Shown: positions 47,663-57,710 of the stretch, one piece after another
Position numbering within the stretch: the first letter of the stretch is position 1
Layout of the letters: each line of letters starts with the position of its first letter
DNA from: Escherichia phage 121Q
Sequence record: NC_025447.1
Direction: 5' to 3' (one strand)
Length of the DNA stretch: 64,000 bases
Made by a program: the position numbers and the translations under genes
Notes under the pieces: generated by a model
Databases searched by the model: none
What the model saw: only the letters and a program-made list of their open reading frames with translations
Told to the model about the DNA's origin: nothing

Positions 47663-48064
47663 ATGACTACAGTTGATGATATCTATAGCACTATACGCAA
47701 TATGAGTACAGATAGAAAAGTATTTGGCGATAAAGAAAAATCTAAGTGTTATGGTATTGATTCTTTTGATATAATTTCTTATGAGTACAATACAAGTGGA
47801 AATAGTTCACTGAATATCGTCTGTCCTCGTGACCCAGAAAATAATTTTATGTATGTTGAAATTAATAATGATGGAATGTTTTTTACAAAAGTTTTCAAAG
47901 GTGGAATTAATTACGAACCTATTGAATGTATGAATGAAGAAACTTTCTTTCAAGAAGATACAATTATCAATTTAGGTTTTAGTTTTGATGATTATAAAAC
48001 ATTAGAACATGACTTTAATCGTTATTATAATGGTTTCTTAAAGGAGTTAACAATTTATCTATGA
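47663..48064 (+). CDS. hypothetical protein
   Basis: ORF in track. Confidence 0.45.
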   Translation: MTTVDDIYSTIRNMSTDRKVFGDKEKSKCYGIDSFDIISYEYNTSGNSSLNIVCPRDPENNFMYVEINNDGMFFTKVFKGGINYEPIECMNEETFFQEDTIINLGFSFDDYKTLEHDFNRYYNGFLKELTIYL

Positions 48065-49293
48065 ATAACCAATATATTGAACAAACAATAGTGAAACACT
48101 TGGCTGGGTCACAAGCCTACGGAACCAGTACACCTGAAAGTGATACTGATTATCGTGGTATTTTTCTTGCTAATAAAGAATTTATTCTTACACCCTTCTA
48201 TAAGGTCAAAGAGGTAGCTGATAAAAGCGAAGAAGATACTAAATTCTATGAGTTGAATCAGTATTTAAAATTATACACTGAAGCTAACCCTAATATTCTT
48301 GAATCACTTTGGGTTGAACCTGAACACATTGTTGAAAGTACTGAAATTTATGACTATCTTCGTTCATTTAACCAAAAACTTCTTAGTTCCAAGATTGCAT
48401 TTTCATATACTGGTTATGCATATAATCAGATTAAGCGTATGACAAATCATCACGGTTGGATGGATAAAGAGCGTATTGCTGAAAAACGATTAAATGAGAT
48501 TTTAGAAGAACACCCTGTCGATGAGGTTCTTGCGTGGATGTATGATTCATTCCCACAGTATCTTGTTGAACGTTTAGATACATCCAACTTACATCCATTT
48601 AATGCTAAAAAGATTGATTTTGAAAAATATATGCGTGATACATCATTGCAGTTAGTTTCGAAAAATCCATTAAAGCAATATCATTTCGTAAGATTAGTGC
48701 ATAACTACACTACTGAAAAAATTCTTGATCGTGATTTCAATTTATTGAATTTTAATAATGGTTATGAACTAATTCATTACGGAGAAAACATTTTTGCGAT
48801 TGTTAAGAATCCTAATGAAAGCACTATTAACCATGATGGTTCATTGCGTTATTTTTCAAAAGAACGTAGTACTGAAGAGTTGAAAAACAAACCAGAACTA
48901 ATTGTCAAATTTAACGAAAAAGAATATCAGGAAAATAGTGAGAATAGGAAAAGTTATCATAAATGGAAAGAAAATCGTAATGCCAAACGTGCTATTTTAG
49001 AATCACAACACGGATACGATTGTAAACATGCTATGCACACAATCCGACTTTTGAATAGTGCAGAAGAAGCATTACAAAGTGGAATTATTCAAGTTAAACG
49101 ACCAGATGCACAAATGTTGATGGATATTCGTAATGGTAAATGGAAGTATGAAGAAGTATTAGAATATTTCGATGATAAAGTACAATACATTCGTGATGTT
49201 CTATATAAGAAATCAGTACTTCCTAAAAAACCAAACATCAAGTTAGCATCAAAAATTATCATTGATATTAGAGAAATGCAATGGTATAAGTAA
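48061..49293 (+). CDS. Pol-beta-superfamily nucleotidyltransferase
   Basis: N-terminal GSQAYGTSTPESDTDYRGIF matches the hG[GS]...D.D signature. Confidence 0.5.
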   Translation: MNNQYIEQTIVKHLAGSQAYGTSTPESDTDYRGIFLANKEFILTPFYKVKEVADKSEEDTKFYELNQYLKLYTEANPNILESLWVEPEHIVESTEIYDYLRSFNQKLLSSKIAFSYTGYAYNQIKRMTNHHGWMDKERIAEKRLNEILEEHPVDEVLAWMYDSFPQYLVERLDTSNLHPFNAKKIDFEKYMRDTSLQLVSKNPLKQYHFVRLVHNYTTEKILDRDFNLLNFNNGYELIHYGENIFAIVKNPNESTINHDGSLRYFSKERSTEELKNKPELIVKFNEKEYQENSENRKSYHKWKENRNAKRAILESQHGYDCKHAMHTIRLLNSAEEALQSGIIQVKRPDAQMLMDIRNGKWKYEEVLEYFDDKVQYIRDVLYKKSVLPKKPNIKLASKIIIDIREMQWYK

Positions 49294-49307
49294 CATATAC
49301 AAGTGTA

Positions 49308-49499
49308 ATGGTACTAAAAATGCCATTACACTCAATAAATACTCAATATAAATTAACACAAGGATTAAGTATGGCACAACAAATTTTCACAGATATCCAC
49401 ACTACCGGAGTTATTAAATTTCAAAATAATTTTTCTGGTGCTACTGGTGTAGACATTAAAAATGATGGTTTTAACATTGTCAGTACTCGGATCTATTGA
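49308..49499 (+). CDS. small ORF overlapping the next gene; possibly 5-prime part of a frameshifted gene
   Basis: ORF in track; overlaps 49462 ORF by ~38 nt. Confidence 0.3.
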   Translation: MVLKMPLHSINTQYKLTQGLSMAQQIFTDIHTTGVIKFQNNFSGATGVDIKNDGFNIVSTRIY

Positions 49500-49998
49500 T
49501 GGTGAAGATAGTTCTCTTAGTGATTCTGTGATTGCATCATTCGGAACTAATAAAAACAGTTCTTTTATTATATCTGGATGGACTGGAATGACTGATTCTG
49601 AAAATAATGTTAAGATAAAAGCTAAAGCTACTAACGAGAATCATGAAACAGAATGGGTAACATTATATGATAGTGCAAGTAATAAGTTATATAATGTATT
49701 AAGTTCTAATAATATTTTAATTAATCCACTGTCGGGCAATTCTGTTTTTAATATTAATTTATCTGATAGAAATACTACTATTTCGATTGGTGCGGCTCCT
49801 ACTGAAGTTTATTCAATTACCATCCTATTAACACAACAAACAGGTTCAAACCTAGTTAATTGGGGTTCTAATGTTAAATGGTCATATAACAGACCAGTTG
49901 TTCTTTCTTATGAAATTGGTGAAAAAGATATTATTTCATTAGAAACATATGATAAAGGAGTTACATGGTACGGTGCATTAATTAGAGCAGGAGTATGA
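49462..49998 (+). CDS. hypothetical protein, possibly structural
   Basis: ORF in track; Asn/Ser-rich. Confidence 0.4.
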   Translation: MMVLTLSVLGSIDGEDSSLSDSVIASFGTNKNSSFIISGWTGMTDSENNVKIKAKATNENHETEWVTLYDSASNKLYNVLSSNNILINPLSGNSVFNINLSDRNTTISIGAAPTEVYSITILLTQQTGSNLVNWGSNVKWSYNRPVVLSYEIGEKDIISLETYDKGVTWYGALIRAGV

Positions 49999-49999
49999 T

Positions 50000-52789
50000 A
50001 TGTTAAACAATAATATTGATAATATTGTACAACTTCTTTATGGGCATCACAAATTTATTGAAAGAAATACTGGTGATACAATAGACCCAACAGTACAACA
50101 TTATGTGGTGAACAATCAGGGTGTTTTGGCGAACAACCGTCATTTTATTAACTATTCTGCAATGGAAGGTCAACCAAACGGTGACGGAACAACAGAAGGT
50201 CAAAGTCTATTAATTTTAGGATACATTTATGCGTATCTGGCAACAAATGATCCAATGTTTTTAGATAAGGCAAAGTGGTATTGGGACGCATATCATCAGT
50301 ACTTTTATGCTGGACGTGAATTACCAGATCCACCTACACCACTACAATGTAACTGGATAGTTAATGCCAAAGAACCTATATTGGCTAACTGGCCTTTAGC
50401 TGATGATGGCTGGCCCACACATGGTGGTTTCAAGGGAGTAGAATTTACATTTACTAATGGTCAATGTAAAATACCACATGGTGCACCATATTATGGTCAG
50501 TTCTTGGATAAAGTGACATTTGCATTCAAAGGTGCGTTAGCATGGAACCAAATAAATGCTTCAGTAAAAGCATTATTACCAGATGGTAGTGTTGATTGGG
50601 ATACACCAGGTGAACAATATGATGTTGACTGGATTATCGATTTCATGGGTAGAAAAATCGACTGGGATGGTAATATTTTAGCAGAAGGTTTTGACGAATC
50701 TGAAAAAGGAACTGTTCAATTAAAGAATACAACAATTAATGGTGTATATAAATTAAATTTTGCAAATCGTCAACCAGTAGAATATGGTGGTGTGATAATT
50801 CAACGAAATGAAATGCAACACAACCGCCCTCTTCATGTTCCAATTGATTTGGAATTTGCTGATAACGCATCAGATGCAGAATTATGGTTTAGTGATGCTT
50901 CTTATTTGTTATATAAAATAACAAAAGAAAGAAAACATTATTTGGGTTGGAAATGTTCACTACTAACGTGTTATGCTTATGGTGATATTGACTCCAGAGA
51001 TAAATTTTTCAGACAAAGTACAATTGTAACCACACCATTCACTGATGGTATTTCCTATGAATATTTTTATCCTAGTGATGCTATTGCTAAGTTTGGTAGA
51101 AATTCTCTAGGATATATTACTATCAGGCAAGACCAAAGTGCACAAAGTACTATGGAACAACAAGCTATTTGGTTCAGGGTCAATGCTGATTCTAAATTAC
51201 TTGTAGACTATGGTGGTGTATGTGATGATGGTAAGCCGTTATCATTTAAACCAGTACTGGAATTGTCAAAAACAAAAAATGACCATGATGTTGTTCGTTA
51301 TCGTTGTGGCTTACCGGAAAGTAAAGACCAAAATATCACACATTCATTAACACCTTTAAGTGCATTTGTTAGAGAAAAGAAAGCAGATGGTTTCCCTTAT
51401 ATAATTGCTGATAGTAGAATTGTTGTTCCTTATGGTGCAGCTACGTCCGAAATGATATATAGTACTGATATATTAGTTACACGCCGCGATACCATTAATC
51501 AGTTAGTTTGTGGTGAAGATGATGGTGCTGTTATTGGATTTTGGCTATTAGCAACAAATAAGTCTGAAGTTAAATCTTTTACCTATCGTTCATATGAAGA
51601 TGATTACAATATAAGAATTGTAGATGATAATGGTTGGAGATGGTGGTGGATGATTCCTGCAACACACGGGGAATGGACTACAATCACACTAAGTTCCGAT
51701 ACATTACGTTTATCTGGGTATCAGCCAAATCATCCAAGTTCTGACCCAAGACCAGATGCACCAGTTTATAGTGAACTAGAAGATATTACTATTTTACCTG
51801 ATACAACCCCAGTAGATGGTGTTGCTGCAATAATTGATTGGTATTGTATTAATGACATTCCAGAATTATACACGGATGCTGACGGTGATGACTATACTAT
51901 GACATTTTCAATAACAATTGCAGGTGAATCACCATATACTGCACAGTTAGGGGATTGTGTAATCAAGGATTATTTGTTAAACTCATTGCATTACACACCA
52001 GGAACAATACCATTTTCTAACATCACTGACCCGTATGCGAACCAGTATTCAGGATGGCGTGGTTTACCGTATCCAGGTTATCAATATCCTGTGATATATT
52101 GTTTTAAAGACCAGCCAGTAGATAACACACGCTTAGGAAACATGTTAAGCTTTATGAAAGATTCCCAAACATGGTTTACTCAACAATTCGGTACTGTTGG
52201 TCCGTGTGCACAAGCATATGTTTGGAACCGCTGGGATAACTTAAAATATGGTGAACCAGATACATTTACTATGCTACATTGGGGTGATCAAGCATGGAGT
52301 GGGTATGAACCACGTGCGTTCTTTGGGGCTGCCAGAGCATGGCAAGAACTCGCAGAGAGAGGAATTGAACCACCAGCAGATCTTGTTGAATTTTGTGAGA
52401 ATTGGATTCACTTTTTAATTCAATTTCAAAAAGATAATGATGGTCGTTCACCAACAATCTTCAATAAAGATGGCACAGTTGAAGGTCCAGATTGGGACTT
52501 TACAGGTCATATGTGTGGGTTGTGGTTAGCTGGGGCTTGTGCTGCTGGATTGGCTGGATGTAAAATAGAAGGTCTAACAACACTCGCTGATAACTTAGTT
52601 CTCGAACTTCAAAAGAATTATGTTATTGTAAATCCAGGTTCACCAATGAATGGTTCATGGAGTCCAGCAGTTAGAGAAGGTACTGATAATGGTATGTTTT
52701 TTGGTTTCTGGGCAGGTGAGATTATGCGTGGATTGGGATTATACTCAATGTACCGCTTAAACACACCAAATCGTTTCCGTGATTTATAA
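50000..52789 (+). CDS. large protein (929 aa), possibly virion-associated or carbohydrate-active; function unknown
   Basis: long Trp/Tyr/Gly-rich ORF directly after fiber-like genes. Confidence 0.4.
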   Translation: MLNNNIDNIVQLLYGHHKFIERNTGDTIDPTVQHYVVNNQGVLANNRHFINYSAMEGQPNGDGTTEGQSLLILGYIYAYLATNDPMFLDKAKWYWDAYHQYFYAGRELPDPPTPLQCNWIVNAKEPILANWPLADDGWPTHGGFKGVEFTFTNGQCKIPHGAPYYGQFLDKVTFAFKGALAWNQINASVKALLPDGSVDWDTPGEQYDVDWIIDFMGRKIDWDGNILAEGFDESEKGTVQLKNTTINGVYKLNFANRQPVEYGGVIIQRNEMQHNRPLHVPIDLEFADNASDAELWFSDASYLLYKITKERKHYLGWKCSLLTCYAYGDIDSRDKFFRQSTIVTTPFTDGISYEYFYPSDAIAKFGRNSLGYITIRQDQSAQSTMEQQAIWFRVNADSKLLVDYGGVCDDGKPLSFKPVLELSKTKNDHDVVRYRCGLPESKDQNITHSLTPLSAFVREKKADGFPYIIADSRIVVPYGAATSEMIYSTDILVTRRDTINQLVCGEDDGAVIGFWLLATNKSEVKSFTYRSYEDDYNIRIVDDNGWRWWWMIPATHGEWTTITLSSDTLRLSGYQPNHPSSDPRPDAPVYSELEDITILPDTTPVDGVAAIIDWYCINDIPELYTDADGDDYTMTFSITIAGESPYTAQLGDCVIKDYLLNSLHYTPGTIPFSNITDPYANQYSGWRGLPYPGYQYPVIYCFKDQPVDNTRLGNMLSFMKDSQTWFTQQFGTVGPCAQAYVWNRWDNLKYGEPDTFTMLHWGDQAWSGYEPRAFFGAARAWQELAERGIEPPADLVEFCENWIHFLIQFQKDNDGRSPTIFNKDGTVEGPDWDFTGHMCGLWLAGACAAGLAGCKIEGLTTLADNLVLELQKNYVIVNPGSPMNGSWSPAVREGTDNGMFFGFWAGEIMRGLGLYSMYRLNTPNRFRDL

Positions 52790-52790
52790 C

Positions 52791-52819
52791 TTGACATAGA
52801 AAAAGTAATTATGTATAAT
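52791..52819 (+). promoter_or_regulatory. sigma70 promoter (TTGACA, 17 nt, TATAAT)
   Basis: consensus hexamers with 17 nt spacer. Confidence 0.6.
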
Positions 52820-52820
52820 C

Positions 52821-52852
52821 AGAGAACTTCATATGGAGTTCTCTTTTTTTTA
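52821..52852 (+). terminator. rho-independent terminator
   Basis: AGAGAACT...AGTTCTCT stem plus eight T. Confidence 0.6.
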
Positions 52853-52864
52853 TAAGGTGATAAA

Positions 52865-53284
52865 ATGTTAAATGAACGTATTAAAAATGCACTACATGTA
52901 TTGAACCAAGAAGTCAATTCTATTCATAAAAGTACTGACCGTTATAAAGTAATGCATGAAATCAAACAAGAATTGGAATCTATTAATAAGGGAGAGTGGT
53001 GGTATCTTCAGCCCGAATATCAAACTCGTGAATTAAACGATGTTGAAAAAGAAATTGTCAAATTCATCACTACTCGTTATTGTGATACATCAGAGAATGA
53101 TGTATCAGCGAACTTCAATCTTACTAAATTGGAAGTCGAAGAAAAATTCCATTTTGATTGGCTTGATTGGATTGAAATGGTAATGGAACTAGAAGAAAAA
53201 TTCAATGTTGAAGTTGATGAAAAGTTCGAGAATAATGAAACTAAGCTGTATGAACTAGTAGAACATATTCAAAAAATGTTGTAA
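52865..53284 (+). CDS. hypothetical protein
   Basis: ORF in track with RBS. Confidence 0.45.
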   Translation: MLNERIKNALHVLNQEVNSIHKSTDRYKVMHEIKQELESINKGEWWYLQPEYQTRELNDVEKEIVKFITTRYCDTSENDVSANFNLTKLEVEEKFHFDWLDWIEMVMELEEKFNVEVDEKFENNETKLYELVEHIQKML

Positions 53285-53337
53285 AACTATACAATTGTAT
53301 ACTCTAAATAATATCATCAACTATAGGAGATATTATT

Positions 53338-53712
53338 ATGAGTATGTTAGAAATAATTGTTTCAAAAATTCTTATTCCATTTTGGAAACCAATTTCTTTT
53401 GTATTATTAATTGGCGGTTCAGCTTATGCTGGTTGGGAAGCTAATACTTATTACAGTGGATATCAACAAAGCATAGAGCAACAAATAGCTAAAAAAGTTG
53501 ATACCGCCTTGGATAAAATGCAACAAGAAAATGCAAAAAATTACCTTGAAACTAAAAAAATCATGGAAGATAATGCTAAAGTTATTGAAACAAAGGTTCC
53601 TTTTATTGTAGAACGTGAAGTTTATAAGAATGTATGTTTAGATGAAGATGGTGTAAAAGTACTGAATGAACTAAAACAAAATTCTCAAGCAGCGAGGAAT
53701 AAATTCAAATGA
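53338..53712 (+). CDS. putative i-spanin (Rz-like)
   Basis: N-terminal transmembrane segment then charged helical region; next gene is a lipoprotein with overlapping start. Confidence 0.45.
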   Translation: MSMLEIIVSKILIPFWKPISFVLLIGGSAYAGWEANTYYSGYQQSIEQQIAKKVDTALDKMQQENAKNYLETKKIMEDNAKVIETKVPFIVEREVYKNVCLDEDGVKVLNELKQNSQAARNKFK

Positions 53713-54017
53713 AAAAATTATTAGTTCCAATGATTTCTTTTTTAATTATAAGTGGGTGTGCCGAGCAAGTAAAACTACAATCCCCCGCACCAATTAAACA
53801 AGAAATTCTGTTAGAAAGATGTGATGATGATACACCTCTACCACAAAAAATTATGATTGACAAAAATGGTTTTAAAGGTTATGATGGTGCAGAAATTCTT
53901 AAAGTACTTACTCGTTGGGATGCAGTCTACAATGAATGTGCTTTAAAACACGACGCATTGATTAAAACTATTCGTGATTTACAAGGTAAAGATATTAAAA
54001 TCAATATCAAGGAATAA
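53709..54017 (+). CDS. putative o-spanin lipoprotein (Rz1-like)
   Basis: signal peptide with lipobox LIISGC. Confidence 0.45.
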   Translation: MKKLLVPMISFLIISGCAEQVKLQSPAPIKQEILLERCDDDTPLPQKIMIDKNGFKGYDGAEILKVLTRWDAVYNECALKHDALIKTIRDLQGKDIKINIKE

Positions 54018-54018
54018 A

Positions 54019-54630
54019 ATGAACAAATATCATGTTTACTATACGACAAAATTATCACTTCTTGAAGAATTAAATCAACGAAGTACTAAGATGAAACGCT
54101 ACACTTTAAATGGTATTACTTTTCGATATTTCCCACAAAAAGTTCTTACTTTTGTTAAGAATCCAAAATGCGTGGCATGTGGGATTGAAGCTACTGAAGT
54201 ACGCATTGAACGTTCATTATGTTCTGATCCAGTATATGGTAAACCACATTTAAATGTATATGCTGTATGTGGTCTTTATGAAGTTTTAATGACAGTTGAC
54301 CATAATCATCTGGCATCTAAGGGTGGACCTGATTTAGAGTCAAACTTTAATACTATGTGCTCCAGATGTAATCAACTACGTTCGAATAAAACTGAAACAG
54401 TTGATGAGTTTCTTGAGAAAGTTAAAGGTCGTAATCTTCTCCAAGAACATATGAATAATTTCTTTAATGTACAAAAAAAGAAAAATAACATTGACAAGTC
54501 GAAACTACTAGAAGAACGTAGGTTACGTCAAGAATTATGGGAAACTGATCATCTATGGCATGTTCGAGAGTTTGGTCGTCATATGAAAGCTTTGAAAAAA
54601 GAACAGAAGAAATTGAATAAACATGATTGA
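54019..54630 (+). mobile_element. HNH homing endonuclease gene
   Basis: Cys pair CVAC, HNH core VDHNHLASKGG...N...CSRCN. Confidence 0.6.
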
Positions 54631-54643
54631 TATGATATTATAG

Positions 54644-54671
54644 GGACTTGAGTATTCAAGTCCTTTTTTTT
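54644..54671 (+). terminator. rho-independent terminator
   Basis: GGACTTGA...TCAAGTCC stem plus eight T. Confidence 0.65.
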
Positions 54672-54682
54672 GGAGAAAATAA

Positions 54683-55039
54683 ATGAAATCTAAAATCTTT
54701 TTACCGCAGTTAATGTGGCATCTGGCAGAGTTAGATGAAGATGATGAATATACTGACTATGGTACATGGGATGACAGTACTGAATCATTCAATCCAGATG
54801 TTAAGTACAAAATCATTAGTAATGAAAGTAAAGGGCATAGACGATGGACAGAAGAATTTGATCTAGTTTTTCTTGACATGAACACGAACAAATATTATCA
54901 TTGTACGTATGAACGAGGTTTAACAGAAGATAGACCAGCAGAACCATTCAGAAATGAAACTGATGGTGTTAAGTGCTATGAAGTTTCTGTTACCAGAGAA
55001 GAAATTATCACTTATCGAACTTTGTGGAAATACTTGTAA
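54683..55039 (+). CDS. hypothetical protein
   Basis: RBS GGAG. Confidence 0.45.
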   Translation: MKSKIFLPQLMWHLAELDEDDEYTDYGTWDDSTESFNPDVKYKIISNESKGHRRWTEEFDLVFLDMNTNKYYHCTYERGLTEDRPAEPFRNETDGVKCYEVSVTREEIITYRTLWKYL

Positions 55040-55437
55040 TGCTAAAAGAATTAGATTTTTCAAACTTAGAAATCATCAGTGCTGTTAAAAATATCTCTGA
55101 CTTTGGAGATGAGAAGTCAGTACTGGTAACTGTTACATTCGTCAAAGAACAGGATAGCTATAGCCATTTAGATGGTATTGAAGAACTAATTCACAAGACT
55201 AATCTACAAAACGATGGTAAACTCATTAAGCTTCAGGCTTCCTATACGCAAAAATCGTCATTTTTTGTAGACCTAAATAATGTAGTCAAGGTGGTATACA
55301 ATCACCCTGAACACAAATACAGGAACACGACAAGAAACGAGAATGATGCTATAGACTCCAATATCAAAGAGGATGTCGAATTCATCAACACAATTTTTGA
55401 TCGTTGTTCCAAGGATTTGAAAAAGGTATACATGTAA
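55039..55437 (+). CDS. hypothetical protein
   Basis: ATG overlapping previous stop. Confidence 0.4.
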   Translation: MLKELDFSNLEIISAVKNISDFGDEKSVLVTVTFVKEQDSYSHLDGIEELIHKTNLQNDGKLIKLQASYTQKSSFFVDLNNVVKVVYNHPEHKYRNTTRNENDAIDSNIKEDVEFINTIFDRCSKDLKKVYM

Positions 55438-55438
55438 C

Positions 55439-55466
55439 GGGACATAACACATCCTAGTGATATAAT
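55439..55466 (+). promoter_or_regulatory. sigma70-like promoter (GGGACA, 16 nt, TATAAT) upstream of repeat copy B
   Basis: read from sequence. Confidence 0.35.
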
Positions 55467-55523
55467 GTATATTGTAAAATGACAACGGACATTGAAAAAT
55501 GGATAATGAGAACCTACTTCTCT

Positions 55524-56041
55524 TGAAAATGTAAAGGATAGATGAGCTTTACCGTTGTAGCGAACAGCAAAAGAAACCTGTTAGAGTACTGGCATTCAAA
55601 CAAACACGATGTAAGACCACGAATCACGGCGACACGGCTGTATAAAGAACTCCGATAAGCATACAGAGAGTTCCTAGATAGATGTATAAGGTTCGCACCT
55701 TACCAGATTTGCTAAGGGAGTTTAAGAATAGCGGACGCAATTTTACAAGAAAGTTGCGTCCAAAATTTGAGAACAGGTACTACTTTGATCGAATAGAGTT
55801 AGTACTGAGTGCTGTTGATGAAAAGACCAGCGACCGTTGCATATGACTGCGATAGAGAGAAACCGAGCAACCCGCTTTCGCTCTCTAAATTTTGGTACAA
55901 GAAAGATCCGTCCAAAATTTGAGAAATTCGCAATTCGATAATATCCGATGCCATCATCGTCAAGAGAGACTTAATTGTCTCTTTTTTATTACCTTCATTC
56001 CCCTGCGGGGGGATGTAATAGTCCTCAACAAATCCCGTCAA
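55524..56041 (+). ncRNA. candidate large structured noncoding RNA, copy B of the two-copy element
   Basis: same conserved blocks as 856-1310 in the same order; extra insertions; intergenic. Confidence 0.5.
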
Positions 56042-56127
56042 GTTTTTAAAGTACATTATCATTTTCAGAAGGAACTAGTTTACGAAGTAAACGCAGTGAC
56101 TTCTTGAGTTACGAGAGAACGAAGTGA

Positions 56128-56556
56128 ATGAGTAACACAACGAAAATATCCGATAAATCCGAATTAACACAAATGTTATTCAAAGAATATTTTGAGTTTC
56201 AGATAAAAGACGAACAACAATTACCACAGCAATATTTGAAAAGAATTAAAGATCCGTCAGTAATTACTAAAGAAACTAATTTTTATAATAGTATTTTGGA
56301 TTTCGTTAAATCAGTTCATACAACAAGACCTATTGTAGTTTTGTTTTTTGATAAATCTATTCCTTTAGTAGTTCCTGAAAATGTATTTTTTATTTCAGAA
56401 ACTGATTTAAATAATCAAAGTACTGTAAGTAGATTAAGAAATTGCTTACTTGTAGTATGTGATTCTTCTTTGTATAATAACAGAATACTATGGGATAGAA
56501 GTAAACGCAATGCAGTTTCGGAAATGAATCCTGAAATTACCTTTATTATTAACTAA
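56128..56556 (+). CDS. hypothetical protein
   Basis: ORF in track. Confidence 0.45.
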   Translation: MSNTTKISDKSELTQMLFKEYFEFQIKDEQQLPQQYLKRIKDPSVITKETNFYNSILDFVKSVHTTRPIVVLFFDKSIPLVVPENVFFISETDLNNQSTVSRLRNCLLVVCDSSLYNNRILWDRSKRNAVSEMNPEITFIIN

Positions 56557-56588
56557 ATAATAAGAGAATAACTCTAAGGAGAGATATT

Positions 56589-57029
56589 ATGGAAGATATT
56601 AATGATTTACGACACGTAATGGACTTTATCGGAAGTACTGAAGAAGATAATTCATATGATGAAGTACTATTAACTTTTATTGAAAATAGTTTGTTTTTAA
56701 GTTCTGCTGCACATAACTGGCACTTACAATGTCATTTTTATACAAAGCATTTACAATTAGATGAACTATATAAAGAATTACCAGAATATGTAGACGCATT
56801 TGTTGAAGGTATCATGAATAATCGTGGTGCTTTGCAAGTTGGGACTGGTAATAGTTATCGTTTTACACCAATTGAAGATTGTGTACCAATTCTTGAAGAA
56901 TATGTTGAGCAATGCAGAGCAATTCATGATATGCTTGAAGAATCGGGTGATTACGGCAGTGTAAACACATTAGAAGATATTATGAGTTTTGTTGAAGGAA
57001 CACTTTACAAACTTAAAGTTTTACAATAA
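56589..57029 (+). CDS. hypothetical protein, possibly ferritin/Dps-like four-helix bundle
   Basis: AAHNWHLQCHF..H..LDELY loosely resembles the Dps AHWN...F...H..LD motif; weak. Confidence 0.3.
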   Translation: MEDINDLRHVMDFIGSTEEDNSYDEVLLTFIENSLFLSSAAHNWHLQCHFYTKHLQLDELYKELPEYVDAFVEGIMNNRGALQVGTGNSYRFTPIEDCVPILEEYVEQCRAIHDMLEESGDYGSVNTLEDIMSFVEGTLYKLKVLQ

Positions 57030-57036
57030 ACTATAT

Positions 57037-57066
57037 GGAGAGTCGCTATGACTCTCCTTTTCTTTT
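57037..57066 (+). terminator. rho-independent terminator
   Basis: GGAGAGT...ACTCTCC stem plus T-run. Confidence 0.6.
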
Positions 57067-57077
57067 GGAGAAATAAT

Positions 57078-57710
57078 ATGAAATCGCATGAGTTAGCAAA
57101 ATTACTACTATCTCAACCAAATCTAGAAATTTATCATTATGATGCAGAGAGTGACTTGCATTATCAGAATTTTGATAATAAATTAATGGTTACACCATCT
57201 GGTATTTTCACAACGGTAAAACCTACATCAGTTTCTGAAAATGTACTTACACCATACGAAACCCCCCTCTTGGGTCATGTGCAAATTTTCTTTAAGGATG
57301 GTACTATTACTCCAAAATTGGAGGGTTCACATATTCAAACTGTTCTTAGCTTAGAATATGGGTTGGTATTTAACATTCCTTATGAAAAGCCAATTGTTTT
57401 ATTAGGTAAAAATCAATCAACACAATTCTCTAATCAACATACTGTTTGTTATACATCTGATGATATTGATTTCATTTCAGTACTGACAGAATATGATCCT
57501 AATACTTGGCACGAAACATGGAAAACTATGTCATATGATGAAGCAATTGAATGTGGTAAAAATTTAGCCAAAATGTTATTTTCACCGAAAAAAGAACTTT
57601 CACAAGAACAAAATGAATCATTTTCTAAAGATTTTCCTGATTCTGAATTCAATGTTAAAGTATCAACTACCAAAATTGGTGAATTTCTAAATGAAAATCA
57701 AAAAGATTAA
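57078..57710 (+). CDS. hypothetical protein, paralog of the 58080 ORF
   Basis: RBS GGAG; N-terminus MKSHELAKLLLSQPNLEIYH resembles MKAKDLAALLMQNPEMEVYH. Confidence 0.5.
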   Translation: MKSHELAKLLLSQPNLEIYHYDAESDLHYQNFDNKLMVTPSGIFTTVKPTSVSENVLTPYETPLLGHVQIFFKDGTITPKLEGSHIQTVLSLEYGLVFNIPYEKPIVLLGKNQSTQFSNQHTVCYTSDDIDFISVLTEYDPNTWHETWKTMSYDEAIECGKNLAKMLFSPKKELSQEQNESFSKDFPDSEFNVKVSTTKIGEFLNENQKD

